The position numbers and the translations under genes were made by a program. From positions 32,001 through 96,000 of the forward strand of contig JBEKVV010000005.1 in the NCBI GenBank assembly GCA_049513715.1: a stretch of DNA of 64,000 nucleotides, given 5' to 3'. Numbering within the stretch: the stretch's first letter is position 1; the number at the start of each line of letters is the position of its first letter. The notes under the pieces are model-generated. The model ran no database searches, had not been told where the DNA came from, and was given only the letters and a program-made list of their open reading frames with translations. Below are positions 10,493 through 19,399 of the stretch, one piece after another. The DNA is from Candidatus Bathyarchaeia archaeon. GTDB taxonomy: Archaea > Thermoproteota > Bathyarchaeia > 40CM-2-53-6.

Positions 10493-11299
10493 ATGGGATG
10501 GGTTCGCCGCGAACTTGATGCGTTGAGCATTCCGCCGTTGAAGAGGTTTGGTCAACACTTTCTCATAGACAAGAAAGTTCGCGAGAACCTAGTCCAACTC
10601 GCCGGCCTGACACCTCAAGACACTGTGCTTGAGGTGGGACCGGGATTGGGGTTCTTGACTGCCGCGCTTGTCACGAAGGCTAGTCGGCTAATTGCAGTTG
10701 AAAAGGACCGAACGCTAGCGGGGTATCTGACAACAAAATTCGCCTCGAACACCAATCTGACCGTAACAGAAGGCGACGTCCTGAAGATCGAGCTGCCAGA
10801 TTTCACGAAAGTCGTTTCTAGCCCCCCCTACAACATATCATCAAAGCTGATACTCCTATTGCTGAACAGCCGGTTCAAACGAGCGGTTCTACTGCTCCAA
10901 CAGGAATTCGTTGGAAGGCTAATGGCTCCGAGTGGTACTCGGGAGTACGGAAGGCTCACAGTAATGTTCCAGAGCAGAGCTCAGGCCACAGCTGCCTCAA
11001 GAGTCCCTTCGTCAGCGTTCTTTCCAAGACCACGCGTCGAATCAACCATCGCAATAATCGAGCCCAAAGCAAACCCACCAGAAATACACAACATGACCGT
11101 CTTTACTGACTTGGTTCGCGCCCTATTCACGCAGCGACGTCGCAAGTTGAGGGGCGTTCTGATCAGATATCTCAAGTACAAATACACAGAACTACCCTTA
11201 CTGCACGAACAAGCTCCACTGATGGAAAAACGCGTGTTTGAGTTAAGCCCTGAAGAGCTGGCGGACTTGTCCAACCAAATAACCGACAAAGTGTCCTAG
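10493..11299 (+). CDS. rsmA: 16S rRNA adenine dimethyltransferase KsgA/RsmA
   Basis: FGQHFL, LEVGPGLG, SSPPYNIS, FFPRPRV, FTQRRRKL. Confidence 0.95.
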   Translation: MGWVRRELDALSIPPLKRFGQHFLIDKKVRENLVQLAGLTPQDTVLEVGPGLGFLTAALVTKASRLIAVEKDRTLAGYLTTKFASNTNLTVTEGDVLKIELPDFTKVVSSPPYNISSKLILLLLNSRFKRAVLLLQQEFVGRLMAPSGTREYGRLTVMFQSRAQATAASRVPSSAFFPRPRVESTIAIIEPKANPPEIHNMTVFTDLVRALFTQRRRKLRGVLIRYLKYKYTELPLLHEQAPLMEKRVFELSPEELADLSNQITDKVS

Positions 11300-11311
11300 A
11301 GTATCGAGGAA

Positions 11312-12013
11312 GTGGTTCAATTGCCTGTTCGAGTAATCCTGTTACAGCCAGAAAAAGCGGGGAATATTGGGGCAGTATCTCGCTCCATGAAGAACTTCGG
11401 CCTCGACGACCTGTGGATCGTAGACCCGAAAGCACCACTTGATGGTGAGGCGAGGGCCTACGCGATGGGGGGACTCACAGTCCTTTCCTCAGCCAAGACT
11501 GTCAAAGTCCTGGATGACGCACTCAAAGGAGTTGACGTAGTCGTGGGAACAAGCTCAGTTACGGCGAAGAGCCCCACAAATCTCTCACGGATCTCGATCA
11601 CAGCAGAGCAATTGGCGAAGAAAATCGTCTTGGCCAAAGGAACAGTGGGAATAGTATTCGGCAGGGAGAGTTCAGGGCTAAGTAACGAAGAAGTGGAAGA
11701 ATGCGACTTCATGGCCAACATTCCCGCGAACCGTGAGTATAATGTCCTGAACATCGCAACTGCTGCGTCTATTGTCTTCTATGAGATCTTTCAGAGAAGG
11801 AGGGTAGGAAAAATGGAGCTCGCCTCGACCACAGAAAGGAAGAGGCTCCTGAAGCAGTTCGACCAATTAGCCAAACTTTGCAATGTTCAACCACATAAGC
11901 GCAGGCTGGCCCAACGGGCTTTCCGTAACGTAATCTCTCGTTCCTTCATAGCAAGGCGTGAGGCATCTCTGATCCTTGGGGTGCTCAGAAAGGCATCGTC
12001 GAAGTTGATGTAA
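11312..12013 (+). CDS. trmJ: SPOUT tRNA methyltransferase TrmJ/LasT family
   Basis: GNIGAVSRSMKNFG, VFGRESSGL, YNVLNIATA. Confidence 0.9.
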   Translation: MVQLPVRVILLQPEKAGNIGAVSRSMKNFGLDDLWIVDPKAPLDGEARAYAMGGLTVLSSAKTVKVLDDALKGVDVVVGTSSVTAKSPTNLSRISITAEQLAKKIVLAKGTVGIVFGRESSGLSNEEVEECDFMANIPANREYNVLNIATAASIVFYEIFQRRRVGKMELASTTERKRLLKQFDQLAKLCNVQPHKRRLAQRAFRNVISRSFIARREASLILGVLRKASSKLM

Positions 12014-12067
12014 ACTTAAGTAACACTCAGTGCAATCACGCTAAACTCGCCGAGAGGAACATGTAAC

Positions 12068-12586
12068 ATGAAGGGTAGAAATTACAGGCAGATCAAAGGT
12101 CAACCCTACACTAGGTTGAAGTACATTCATGGTACCCCTCCGCCCAAGATTTCGAAGTTCATGATGGGCGACCTCAAGGCCAAATTTGAATACAAACTCT
12201 CCCTTGTGGCACAGAGTCCAGTCCAGATAAGACACAATGCACTCGAGGCAGCGAGAGTTGCAGCCAACAAAGTCATGTTCGACAAGTTGGGGGAGACAGG
12301 CTACAAGATTCACCTTCGAGTCTACCCTCACGTCATACTTCGAGAGAACCGCATGATCGCGACGGCAGGCGCGGACAGGTTGCAGGAAGGAATGCGCAGG
12401 GCCTTCGGCAAACCAACCGGAAGAGCTGCAAGAGTGAAGTACGGGCAGTCGATTCTGGATGTCTACGTTAACGGCAACGCAATTGACACCGCGAAAGCAG
12501 CCCTACACGTCAGTTCAACCAAAATCTCCGTCGCATGCATCGTTACTCAAGAGAGCCTACTCGCTCCTCAAGTCCAAGCAGCCTAA
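12068..12586 (+). CDS. rpl10e: 50S ribosomal protein uL16 (L10e)
   Basis: HNALEAARV, YPHVILREN, GADRLQEGMRRAFGKP. Confidence 0.97.
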   Translation: MKGRNYRQIKGQPYTRLKYIHGTPPPKISKFMMGDLKAKFEYKLSLVAQSPVQIRHNALEAARVAANKVMFDKLGETGYKIHLRVYPHVILRENRMIATAGADRLQEGMRRAFGKPTGRAARVKYGQSILDVYVNGNAIDTAKAALHVSSTKISVACIVTQESLLAPQVQAA

Positions 12587-12697
12587 AGAAACAGACTCGT
12601 CTACTGCCGGTTTCGCAGCACAGCGATCCTTTCTCCCACTGGTTCGCTAAGAAGCAGTCACTATGTCGCATGAGGGAAGGAACGGTTAAGTTGCTCT

Positions 12698-13735
12698 GTG
12701 GACCTGCTACAACATTGTCTGCCCATGTTTCAATTGGAAAAAGATCGGATCGTCCAAGAAATTAGAAGACGCAGCCCGAAACGTATCCTCCTCCAAATGC
12801 CGGAGGGATTGAAACCCATAGGCTTTGAATTAGCTCAGACATTAGAGAAGGAGACTGGAGTGGAAGTTTTCGTTTCAGGTGACCCATGCTACGGCGCATG
12901 TGACCTCGCATTGTACCCCAAGAAGCATGTTGATGCGGACCTGCTCATTCATGTTGGGCATGCCGATATTCCGGGGGAGTTTCTGGACGAGCAGGTCTTG
13001 TACGTTGAAGCACGAGCCGACGAGCCCATTGAAGCCCCCATGCTTCAGGCTGTTCGGATGTTGGAGGCGGAACATCGGATCGGAGTTGCCTCGAATGTTC
13101 AGCACATACACCAAATCGATAAGGCAAGGAAGATTCTCGAAGATCATGGAAAGGAAACGGTCGTAGGCCGTCCGTCGGGTTGGCTCAAGTATCCGGGGCA
13201 AGTCCTGGGTTGCGACTACGGTAGTGTTCGCGCGATCGCAGACAAGGTCGACGCCATCCTACTGTTGAGCGGTGGAGACTTTCATGCTCTTGGAATTTCA
13301 TTAGCCACGGGCAAACGCACGATCGTCGTCGACCCGTTCCAGCAAATTGCACGGGATATTACGGAGGAGTGCCGGAAGCTTCTCCGCAAACGCTGGATAA
13401 GCATTACCCGGTTTAAAGAGGCTAGGAGAATTGGCATAATCGTCGGTTTGAAGAGTAGCCAGATGAACATTTCACTGGCACGTAGGTTGAAAGGTCTGCT
13501 TGAGGAAGGGGGCTATTCAACGATGCTGATTTGCGCGACCGAAGTAATCCCTGAGGCATTAGGTTCGTTCGTCGACTTGGAGGCCTATGTCGAGATTTCT
13601 TGCCCAAGAATAAGCACAGATGACCAAGAACGTTACAGAAAACCAATCTTGAACCCTGAGGAGGTTATGGTTGCTTTGGGTAAGAAGAAATGGGAGGATT
13701 ACACTCAGGGAATGACGCTAGAGGAGTGGCATTAG
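12698..13735 (+). CDS. dph2: diphthamide biosynthesis enzyme Dph2
   Basis: LQMPEG, CYGACD, QVLGC, CPRI Fe-S cysteine motifs. Confidence 0.95.
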   Translation: MDLLQHCLPMFQLEKDRIVQEIRRRSPKRILLQMPEGLKPIGFELAQTLEKETGVEVFVSGDPCYGACDLALYPKKHVDADLLIHVGHADIPGEFLDEQVLYVEARADEPIEAPMLQAVRMLEAEHRIGVASNVQHIHQIDKARKILEDHGKETVVGRPSGWLKYPGQVLGCDYGSVRAIADKVDAILLLSGGDFHALGISLATGKRTIVVDPFQQIARDITEECRKLLRKRWISITRFKEARRIGIIVGLKSSQMNISLARRLKGLLEEGGYSTMLICATEVIPEALGSFVDLEAYVEISCPRISTDDQERYRKPILNPEEVMVALGKKKWEDYTQGMTLEEWH

Positions 13736-13786
13736 AAAGCTACCCCACACCTGAACAACTCGCATACGATTAGGAAGAGGCTTAAC

Positions 13787-14413
13787 GTGCAACCCGGAAC
13801 AGTGCAAATCCGCAAACGCGAATTAGCCATTAGGCTTCAGCAAATCGAACCGCACCCAGAACCAAAGGTCTGGTTGGAGCAGTACACGATTCCTGCGGAC
13901 CTGGCGGCGGAGATACTGTTCGCCGCTTGCTACACTTATGGAGACATTGAACAGAAGAACGTTGGAGATCTCGGTTGTGGAACTGGAAGGCTCGGGTTGG
14001 GAGCTTCGATGCTCGGTGCGAAGTACGTGGTCGGTGTCGATTTGGACAGGCGAAGCGTGGCAATTGCATTGCAAAATACCAAGGCTTTTCGGTTGCAGGC
14101 GGACTGGATTCTGGGGGACATTGAAACCCTGCGCGGACATTTCGACACTGTTCTCATGAACCCGCCATTCGGCACCAAGCAACCTCATGCCGACATACGG
14201 TTTCTGGAAACTGGGATGAAACTGGGTTCAGTTGTTTACAGTATCCACAAATCGGCGACACGAGATTTCATTTCACGTTGGTTGCGCAGGCGTAACACCC
14301 TGCCAGAAATAGTCATTGCCACTAAGTTGGAGATCCCTCACCAGTTTGGATTTCATAGAAAGAAGAAAGCCAATGTGGATGTCGACGTAATCAGAAGCTC
14401 ACTAAATCGGTGA
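13787..14413 (+). CDS. METTL5-family N6-adenine RNA methyltransferase
   Basis: LEQYTIP, DLGCGTG, MNPPFG, YSIHK. Confidence 0.92.
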   Translation: MQPGTVQIRKRELAIRLQQIEPHPEPKVWLEQYTIPADLAAEILFAACYTYGDIEQKNVGDLGCGTGRLGLGASMLGAKYVVGVDLDRRSVAIALQNTKAFRLQADWILGDIETLRGHFDTVLMNPPFGTKQPHADIRFLETGMKLGSVVYSIHKSATRDFISRWLRRRNTLPEIVIATKLEIPHQFGFHRKKKANVDVDVIRSSLNR

Positions 14414-14540
14414 CGCTACTGTCTCTGGCCTTATATACAGGGCTGCAATCTATCGCGTTCGAATCTACGATAATCGGGAAGACTTACCGAGGCTGACTTA
14501 ATCGGCCGAGGACCGAATAGGATAGGCAAAGTGCAGTAAG

Positions 14541-15113
14541 TTGAGCAAAACAACACGAGAAACAAATCAAGCAGTACTCCCCGGAGACAAGTTGGGAGTT
14601 ATAGAAGAGTTTCTGCCAGGCACGGGCACATACGAAACTGAGGGCACGATTTACGCTAACTACACGGGAAACGCTAAGATGGACATGAAGAACAAGCGTG
14701 TCACAGTCATCCCGACTACGAGAATCCCTCAACTGCCTAAGGAGGGAACGGAGGTTTTGGCCTCTGTTACGCATACGACAGAGAAGATGGCGACGGTCAG
14801 CATTTGGAAGATTGACGGTAAGATGTTACAGAACCCGTTCACTGCATTACTCCACATCTCAACATCAAGTCCGCGTTATGAGAGGAATATGTCCGACGTA
14901 TGCAAAGCGGGCGACCTCATCCGAGCCAGGGTCATTGACATGACGAATAGGGTTCCGCAGCTGACCACAGCAGGCCGCGGCTTGGGCGTTATCAAAGGAT
15001 TCTGCTCCAAGTGTGGAGGCGTCCTAGAGCTTGTCAACAGAAGGCTCGGGTGTCCTTCGTGCGGAAACTCGGAAAGAAGAAGACTCGCTGAGGATTATGG
15101 AAAGTTCACGTAA
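14541..15113 (+). CDS. csl4: exosome RNA-binding subunit Csl4
   Basis: VLPGDKLGVIEEF, S1 domain, C-terminal CSKC/CPSC zinc ribbon. Confidence 0.95.
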   Translation: MSKTTRETNQAVLPGDKLGVIEEFLPGTGTYETEGTIYANYTGNAKMDMKNKRVTVIPTTRIPQLPKEGTEVLASVTHTTEKMATVSIWKIDGKMLQNPFTALLHISTSSPRYERNMSDVCKAGDLIRARVIDMTNRVPQLTTAGRGLGVIKGFCSKCGGVLELVNRRLGCPSCGNSERRRLAEDYGKFT

Positions 15114-15125
15114 GGGTGATGGATT

Positions 15126-15410
15126 GTGGAAGTGAAAGTTCTCTCAAAATCAAAGAATGAACTAAGAATTGAGATCGTCGGGGAAGACCACACCTTCTGC
15201 AACCTGCTACAAAACGTGCTGCTGGAGGACAAGAATACCGAGATAGCTGGATACGACCAACCCCATCCCCTCATACGCTCGAGCATTGTCTACCTCAGAA
15301 CCAAACGTGAAGCATCACCAGAGAAGACATTGCTGAACGCCCTAACCAGCATTCAGCAATTAAATAAGGAGTTCAACGAAAAATTCTCTAAGGCCACCGG
15401 GCCTTCCTGA
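15126..15410 (+). CDS. rpo11: RNA polymerase subunit Rpo11 (RpoL)
   Basis: GEDHTFCNLL, AGYDQPHPL. Confidence 0.95.
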   Translation: MEVKVLSKSKNELRIEIVGEDHTFCNLLQNVLLEDKNTEIAGYDQPHPLIRSSIVYLRTKREASPEKTLLNALTSIQQLNKEFNEKFSKATGPS

Positions 15411-15781
15411 TGAACAACCCCGACGCGATCCGCCAAATCCTTCGGGACAAGCAACTTGCGAGCCTCGGAGACGCCCTCGTAAACCTCATCTACTCCCTAG
15501 CCCTGACAAAGGTCAGCGGTAGCCCCCACGGAATCAAAGTCAGCGACAGAATCCTAGCCGACGCCCTGAAACTAGCCGGGCTGAGGCAATACATGGGATC
15601 ACGAGTCACGAAGGAAGACATGGCGAATGCCGGCGAAGCCCTCCTAGCAGAAGCCTACCGCAGAAACGTTCTGACGATAGAGGAAGGCGTGAAAGTCCTA
15701 GCAGCAAACCCTGACGGACCGTTCGGAGGGCTCCTTGAACTGCTGAAATTAGCCGCTCAGCGCGTAAGCGACGACGCGTAG
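15410..15781 (+). CDS. archaeal ribonuclease III-like (mini-III) protein
   Basis: LASLGDALVNL signature, ANAGEAL; context after rpo11. Confidence 0.8.
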   Translation: MNNPDAIRQILRDKQLASLGDALVNLIYSLALTKVSGSPHGIKVSDRILADALKLAGLRQYMGSRVTKEDMANAGEALLAEAYRRNVLTIEEGVKVLAANPDGPFGGLLELLKLAAQRVSDDA

Positions 15782-15791
15782 GCGGTTCCAG

Positions 15792-16364
15792 TTGCTCAAG
15801 AAAGAGATCAGAATTCTCGGATTGAGCGCAGCACCAGAACGAAACGAGAAGACTCCTGTCGTCGGCGTCATCTTCAGAGGAAACCTGTGGCTTGATGGAG
15901 CATTCGCCTGCATATTGAAAAAGAGCCACCGGAACTGTGCCTCTGCTCTCGCAAAGACGATCATGCAAACCAAACAGTATTCGCAACTTCACGCAGTAAT
16001 TATGTCTAGCGAATACTCCACCAGACAGGAAGTGGATATAGTTGCTCTCGCAAACAAAATCAAATTGCCTGTAATAACCGTGGTCAGAGACGGCGGTGAA
16101 AAGCCCGGCAGAACAAGGAATTCCACGGGCTCCAAGAGAGCATCAAAGTTGAGGCCGTATACTTTCAAGATTGAAAACAACGCAGTGCACATTCAGGCTG
16201 CTGGCATAAACAGAGAGATGGCTCATGAGATTCTCAGAGTCAGCTGTCCTCGCGGTAGTCATGTTCCTGAAGCAGTGAGAGTAGCAAAGGTACTCGCAAA
16301 ACATGCATCATTAGTACAAGATGCAAGGAATCAGAATGGCGCTTGTCATTCTGCTGGAAGGTAA
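15792..16364 (+). CDS. DUF99 family (endonuclease V-like fold) protein, probably catalytically degenerate
   Basis: EIRILG, VVGVIFRG, WLDG, LPVI, VPEAVRVA; usual acidic residues replaced. Confidence 0.75.
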   Translation: MLKKEIRILGLSAAPERNEKTPVVGVIFRGNLWLDGAFACILKKSHRNCASALAKTIMQTKQYSQLHAVIMSSEYSTRQEVDIVALANKIKLPVITVVRDGGEKPGRTRNSTGSKRASKLRPYTFKIENNAVHIQAAGINREMAHEILRVSCPRGSHVPEAVRVAKVLAKHASLVQDARNQNGACHSAGR

Positions 16365-16421
16365 TGCGTCTCTTTTGTGGCTCGACACGCATGGCGTAAG
16401 CATCACGTACGGTTCGCTCTT

Positions 16422-16797
16422 TCAGTCGGTTAGGTACTGAGAGGCCAGTGATTGCATCGTTTCGGTGAGTGCACTCATGAACGGTCTTGTCACAGTAGGA
16501 CTGAAGCTCAGAACAACCACATAATTCTCCTTTGTGAAAAATACGAGAAGGACCTTTTCGTATCTCACAGTCACCGACTCCACTTTGCCAAGTAATGGTG
16601 TTAGTTTTTCGACAGCATCAAGAAGGATTGGAGGTATCAATTGGACGAAGTGGCGGTCATCCTCTTCCGGAGTGATGCTGGCAACGCCTTCCCTCATTCT
16701 CGAGACGAGGACATGGAACTGCCTATCAACAATTGCAACGTAGCGAATACGACTATCCATCCTGAACGTTTCTTCAGCGAACTTGTTGGCGTTCATA
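16422..16797 (-). CDS. conserved TACK hypothetical protein (DUF6659/roadblock-like)
   Basis: DSRIRYVAIVD...MREGV...LGKVESVTVRYEKV pattern; likely ATG at 16797. Confidence 0.65.
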
Positions 16798-16850
16798 CCA
16801 ATCTGCCATGCCACTAGAGCGTCTCTTGTTGAAAAGATTTCACATTGCAG

Positions 16851-17022
16851 AACAAAGACCGACACACTGAGCATATGCGCTACATTTCCTTCGCTTCATC
16901 AGGCCCCATAACAACAAGATGGACCGCATCAACGGCGGCTACTCGAAAGTGAAAATGTTATGCGCTCACTCAAGAAAGAGGACACCCCAATTATCTCAAG
17001 GCTTCAGATTTATCATAACTTA
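16851..17022 (+). pseudogene. degenerate C-terminal fragment of an archaeal DDE transposase/integrase
   Basis: Three consecutive segments separated by frameshifts read TEHMRYISF / HNNKMDRING / ENVMRSLKKEDTPIISRLQIYHN, resembling the recalled tail NNKMERxNG...REKVMRGLK..DTPI..G.QIYHN of TACK DDE transposases. Confidence 0.65.
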
Positions 17023-17089
17023 ACAGCCCCGTGCCAAGTAACGCTTAAATGGAACTCTCAGGGATTGGGCTGGCTGGTCGTTATCAAAA

Positions 17090-17413
17090 GTGCAGTTCTG
17101 CCCAAAATGCGGCCTGGCGCTTCTGCCCACCAAGAAGCAGAAGAATGTTGTGTTGAGTTGCCCGAAATGTGGCTATGAAACCAAGAAGTCAGATCGCACA
17201 GTGCAGAAACTTGAGGAGCATAGGGAGAACGTAGTCGTCATCGGCAAGGAAGAGGAAAAGATACGCACGCTGCCCAAAACCAAGGTAGATTGCCCCAAGT
17301 GCGGGCACAAGGAAGCGTTCTACTGGCTCGTCCAGACCAGAGGCGCAGACGAGTCGTCAACACAATTCTTCCGATGCACAAGTTGCGGCACGACTTGGCG
17401 CGAAAACTCTTAG
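17090..17413 (+). CDS. tfs: transcription factor S (TFS/RpoM)
   Basis: FCPKCG zinc ribbon; QTRGADE acidic hairpin; FFRCTSCG. Confidence 0.96.
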   Translation: MQFCPKCGLALLPTKKQKNVVLSCPKCGYETKKSDRTVQKLEEHRENVVVIGKEEEKIRTLPKTKVDCPKCGHKEAFYWLVQTRGADESSTQFFRCTSCGTTWRENS

Positions 17414-17497
17414 AATCCGCCGTTTCTTTTGACACCGTTGAATTAAAGTACGTAGAAACATCTCTTTAGGCAGAGCCCAACATTTGGTGGTTAATGT

Positions 17498-18250
17498 TTG
17501 TTTAAGGCAACAATTAGTGATGCTAGACTTTGGAGGAACATGTTAGCTGCGATCTCCACACTCATCGAGGAGGCAGACTTCAATGCGGCGCCCGAAGGAA
17601 TCAAACTCAGGTCAATGGACCCCTCTCACGTCGCGATGGTTGACTTTGAATGGAACAAGTCTGCTTTCGAGGAATATACATGCCTCCAGCCCACCAAGAT
17701 TCGTTTGAACGTTTCGGATATAGTGAAGAAATTGCGGGGCGCCGGCCAAGAGCCGCTGGAAATGTCGTACGACGAGAACACCAAGAAGCTCAGCATGGTG
17801 ATTAAAGGTAAATGGAAAACCACGTTCACACTCCCAACGCTAGACCCTGGCGACGAAGAAGTCCCCACCCCGAAAATCGCCTTCAACACGAAAATCAAGA
17901 TGATTAGCTCAAGCTTCAAGGACATCATCGACCAAATTCAAACCGTCAGTGATAACGTAAGACTTGAGACAACCCCAGAGAAGTTCACCGCTGAGGCTGT
18001 TACTGAGTTGAGCGGGGCGAAAATTGAGCTTGAGAAAGGCAGCGACGTCCTCTTAGAGCTTGAGGTGAAAGAGCCCTGCAAAGCAACGTTCAACCTGAAC
18101 TACCTAGCTCAGATATCCAAAGCTGGCGCCATGGCCGCAGAACTTGTCACTCTGGAATTCTCAAGCAACATGCCAGTCAAGCTTGAGTACGAAATGCCAC
18201 AGCAGGGTAAGCTACAATACTATCTCGCGCCAAGAATTGAGGCGGAGTAG
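17498..18250 (+). CDS. pcn: PCNA sliding clamp
   Basis: SMDPSHVAMV and YYLAPRIE. Confidence 0.97.
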   Translation: MFKATISDARLWRNMLAAISTLIEEADFNAAPEGIKLRSMDPSHVAMVDFEWNKSAFEEYTCLQPTKIRLNVSDIVKKLRGAGQEPLEMSYDENTKKLSMVIKGKWKTTFTLPTLDPGDEEVPTPKIAFNTKIKMISSSFKDIIDQIQTVSDNVRLETTPEKFTAEAVTELSGAKIELEKGSDVLLELEVKEPCKATFNLNYLAQISKAGAMAAELVTLEFSSNMPVKLEYEMPQQGKLQYYLAPRIEAE

Positions 18251-18307
18251 AAGAATAAACGCCAACCCGTCTAGCTGCCTCACCCTGACAGTTCAGGGGC
18301 GTACAGC

Positions 18308-19399
18308 ATGCAAGCGCTACTCACAAAACTTGACCTCGCAAGATTCCCCTTCACAGCCGAGGCTTCAGAATACGTAAAGTCTCGAAACATCGACCCGACC
18401 GAGCTAATTCGGCCCGAGCTGCTCCCCATATTGGAGCGCGCGATGGACCGCATCAGGCAAGGAGTGTTTAGCGGAAGAATCTCAGCTGACCTAACCCAGG
18501 AAGACGTGGACATACTCGCCTACCCCACAGCCCTGATGCTCATCACAGCCGTTGGCGACGACCGAACCCGAAGGCGCTACGCGCTTGCGGAGGCAAAACG
18601 AGCGTATGAACTTCTGAGGAACGAATTACCCGAGAAGCTGCTTCAAATCGCCGCAGGCTCATTCGGATGGGACGCCAAAATCACAGAGCGCGATGTGGGC
18701 GACACGCATTTCGAGTTAGCGCTCAACTTCAGACACTATGTCCACAACTCCGCTAGAATCCACGACTTGAAATGGAAGCTAGTAAACCGAGTCCTCTCGG
18801 ACGGCTACGTCCTTCTTCCACGGGAAGACTTCGCGAGGCTGCTTGAGGAGGAAGTCCAAGTCAGAGTACTGGAGAGAACGTCGGGTATGGGCGTTACGCT
18901 CCCTGATGAGCTAGGACGGCGCGTTGATCCTCTGCGTTCCGTCCTGCAAGCGAGATCACGCTCACTTGCCGCAGACGAGATGCCGCATGCGGTTATGGCG
19001 TCTGCGATGCCACCATGCATGAAGAACCTACTCAGCTTGCTCCAAACGAGCAAGCACATCTCACATATGGGCCGGTTCGCCATGGCGGCTTTCTTGTTGA
19101 ATATTGGAACGAACGAGGAGGAGTTGCTCAAGATGTTCAAGACCTTCACCGATTTCGACGAGCGAATCGCTCGTTACCAAGTTGAACACATTGCAGGCAG
19201 GCGTGGATCAAGAAGAAAATACACTGCACCCAACTGTGCCACAATGCGAACCCACGGGTTATGCATCAACCCTGATGAATTATGTGGCACCATTAAACAT
19301 CCTTTGTCATACTACCGAAGGAAGGCACGGACGCTATTCAGAGAACGGCGAACGAATACGAGGCGGCGTCCGCAAACTAATACTGGGGTCAACGAGTGA
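18308..19399 (+). CDS. priL: DNA primase large subunit PriL
   Basis: RFPF, MPPCM, HMGRF, YQVEHI, Fe-S cysteines, HPLSYY. Confidence 0.95.
   Translation: MQALLTKLDLARFPFTAEASEYVKSRNIDPTELIRPELLPILERAMDRIRQGVFSGRISADLTQEDVDILAYPTALMLITAVGDDRTRRRYALAEAKRAYELLRNELPEKLLQIAAGSFGWDAKITERDVGDTHFELALNFRHYVHNSARIHDLKWKLVNRVLSDGYVLLPREDFARLLEEEVQVRVLERTSGMGVTLPDELGRRVDPLRSVLQARSRSLAADEMPHAVMASAMPPCMKNLLSLLQTSKHISHMGRFAMAAFLLNIGTNEEELLKMFKTFTDFDERIARYQVEHIAGRRGSRRKYTAPNCATMRTHGLCINPDELCGTIKHPLSYYRRKARTLFRERRTNTRRRPQTNTGVNE

Noticed and set aside
14440..14500. GTTCGAATC resembling a tRNA T-loop
   Set aside because: No T-stem or cloverleaf can be built around it
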